A DNA stretch of 64,000 nt from positions 88,474,001 to 88,538,000 of the forward strand of contig OY740788.1 in assembly GCA_963514005.1 (NCBI GenBank), written 5' to 3'. The notes under the pieces are model-generated. The model worked only from the letters and a program-made list of their open reading frames with translations, was not told where the DNA came from and searched no databases. Shown one piece after another: positions 62,624 through 64,000 of this stretch. The translations under genes and the position numbers were made by a program. The DNA is from Raja brachyura (Eukaryota). The first letter of the stretch is position 1; each line of letters starts with the position of its first letter.

Positions 62624-64000
62624 GTAAGTACAGTCCCAGGATGGGTCCCCCAGTCTGGGTTAGTTTCATCTGCTTTCAAGTTCCATTTACATATTGCAGT
62701 GATGTGTATCTAGTATGTTACAGTTGAATATTTCTGTTTAAAATTGAGATTTGTGTTCTTGGTTCAGTGTGAGAAGGACACTGAAGTGTACTGCTCTGTA
62801 TCTCTATAATAAAGATTCGTCAGAACAGCAACAACAAGTGCGCCATAACGTATCTAACTAAGCTAGATGATGGTAAAACATTACCAAAGTATGTAAAGTA
62901 ACCACAGTCGTGCAAAGTCAGGGCAGAGCAGGGATTTGAACACACAGCCTTGAGGTGCCCCTGTGCTGATGGTCACTGAGGCGGAGATATTGTTGCCAAT
63001 ACACACAGACTGAGACCCGCCAATGGGGAAGTGGGGCAACCAGTTGAATAGGATGGTGCAGAGACCCAGATCCCTGAGTTTGGACAGGATAATGGTGTTG
63101 AATGCTGTGCCTCAGTCAATGAACAATAGCCTGATGTATATGTTTGCATTAAAAGCAAGTGTGAAGAATATCAAATCTAATGACAAAAGATTTTATAAAT
63201 CTATTAGGAGAGAGAACAAAAACTGACAGATTTGAACACACAGAGTAATGAGTCATAGAGTCACGCAGCACACAAACAGGGCGTGTAGGAAAGAATTGCA
63301 GATGCTGGTTTAAACCGAAGATAGACACAAAATGCTGGAGTAACTCAATAGGTCAGGCAGCATCTCTGAAGAAAAGGAATAGGTGACGTTTCGGGTCGAG
63401 ACCCTTCTTCAGATTGAGAGTGAGGGGAATGGGAAACGAGGGATATAGATGGTGATATGGAGAGATGTAGAACTAGGATCAGTCTAACCCATCTGTGCTG
63501 ACCAAGATGCCCTATCTAAGCTAGTCATATTTGCCCATGTTTGCTCACATCCCTCAAACCCTTTCCTATATGTGTTTGTCCAAATGCCTTCTAAATGTTG
63601 AATTGTACACGACTCAACCACTTCCTCTGTCAGCATGTTCCATGTACAAAACACCACCCACAGGCCCTCTAGTTCCTATTAAATTATTCCTCTCTCACTT
63701 TAAACCTATGCGCTCTTGTTTTTGATTACCCTCCCCTGGGAAAAAGACTGTGTGCTTTCATCCTATCTATGTCCCTCATAATTTTGTACACCTCAATAAG
63801 ACCATCCCTCAGGAATAAGGAAATCCCCATATGGAATAAAGTCCTTGATTACCCGACTTCTCCCTATAACAGTCTCTCGAGTCCTGGCGACCTCCTTGTA
63901 AATAATTTATTCACTTTTTCCAGCTTAACATAAGTTATACAAAATAAATTAATTAGAAGAAACATTGGATGACAAACAACTGCTCAAAACCTGATCCTTT

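Noticed and set aside
62410-62679. Minus-strand ORF containing GGEYQC, reminiscent of an Ig F strand
   Set aside because: No other Ig landmarks or splice sites; better explained as the antisense of the + strand leader exon.

Overview
Eukaryotic, repeat-rich genomic DNA, most likely from a cartilaginous fish (skate or ray). This is inferred from the abundant CR1 LINEs with (TTTCTATG)n-type tails, tRNA-derived SINEs, Penelope, L1-clade and Tc1 relics. There are no prokaryotic genes or CRISPR arrays. The main host feature is a spliced + strand immunoglobulin-superfamily receptor gene (about 12.1-32.4 kb) that the ORF track shows only in pieces. It has five single-exon, germline-joined VJ-type V domains (all phase 1-1), a neutral transmembrane exon, two 44-nt cytoplasmic exons and a terminal exon. 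The exons splice into one open frame of about 694 aa without the leader. The tail carries TVYSTV (ITSM), IFYADI (ITIM) and TEYAAI (ITSM), so it looks like an inhibitory receptor with antigen-receptor-like domains that do not rearrange. Three V exons are about 98% identical with shuffled flanks, there is a decayed sixth V/J remnant, and one intron uses a GC donor. A second gene probably starts near the window end: a leader exon at 62575-62623 with PU.1/ETS sites upstream. An inverted duplicated PU.1+RUNX+E-box module lies about 6-7 kb upstream of it. The rest is transposons: a full-length CR1 with 149-bp 5' monomers and intact ORF2, many truncated CR1s, a nested L1/CR1/Rex complex inside a 48-bp minisatellite, a tandem Helitron/Helentron-like array, a Penelope RT, MITEs and minisatellites. 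All alignments and counts were done by eye; transposon boundaries are approximate.
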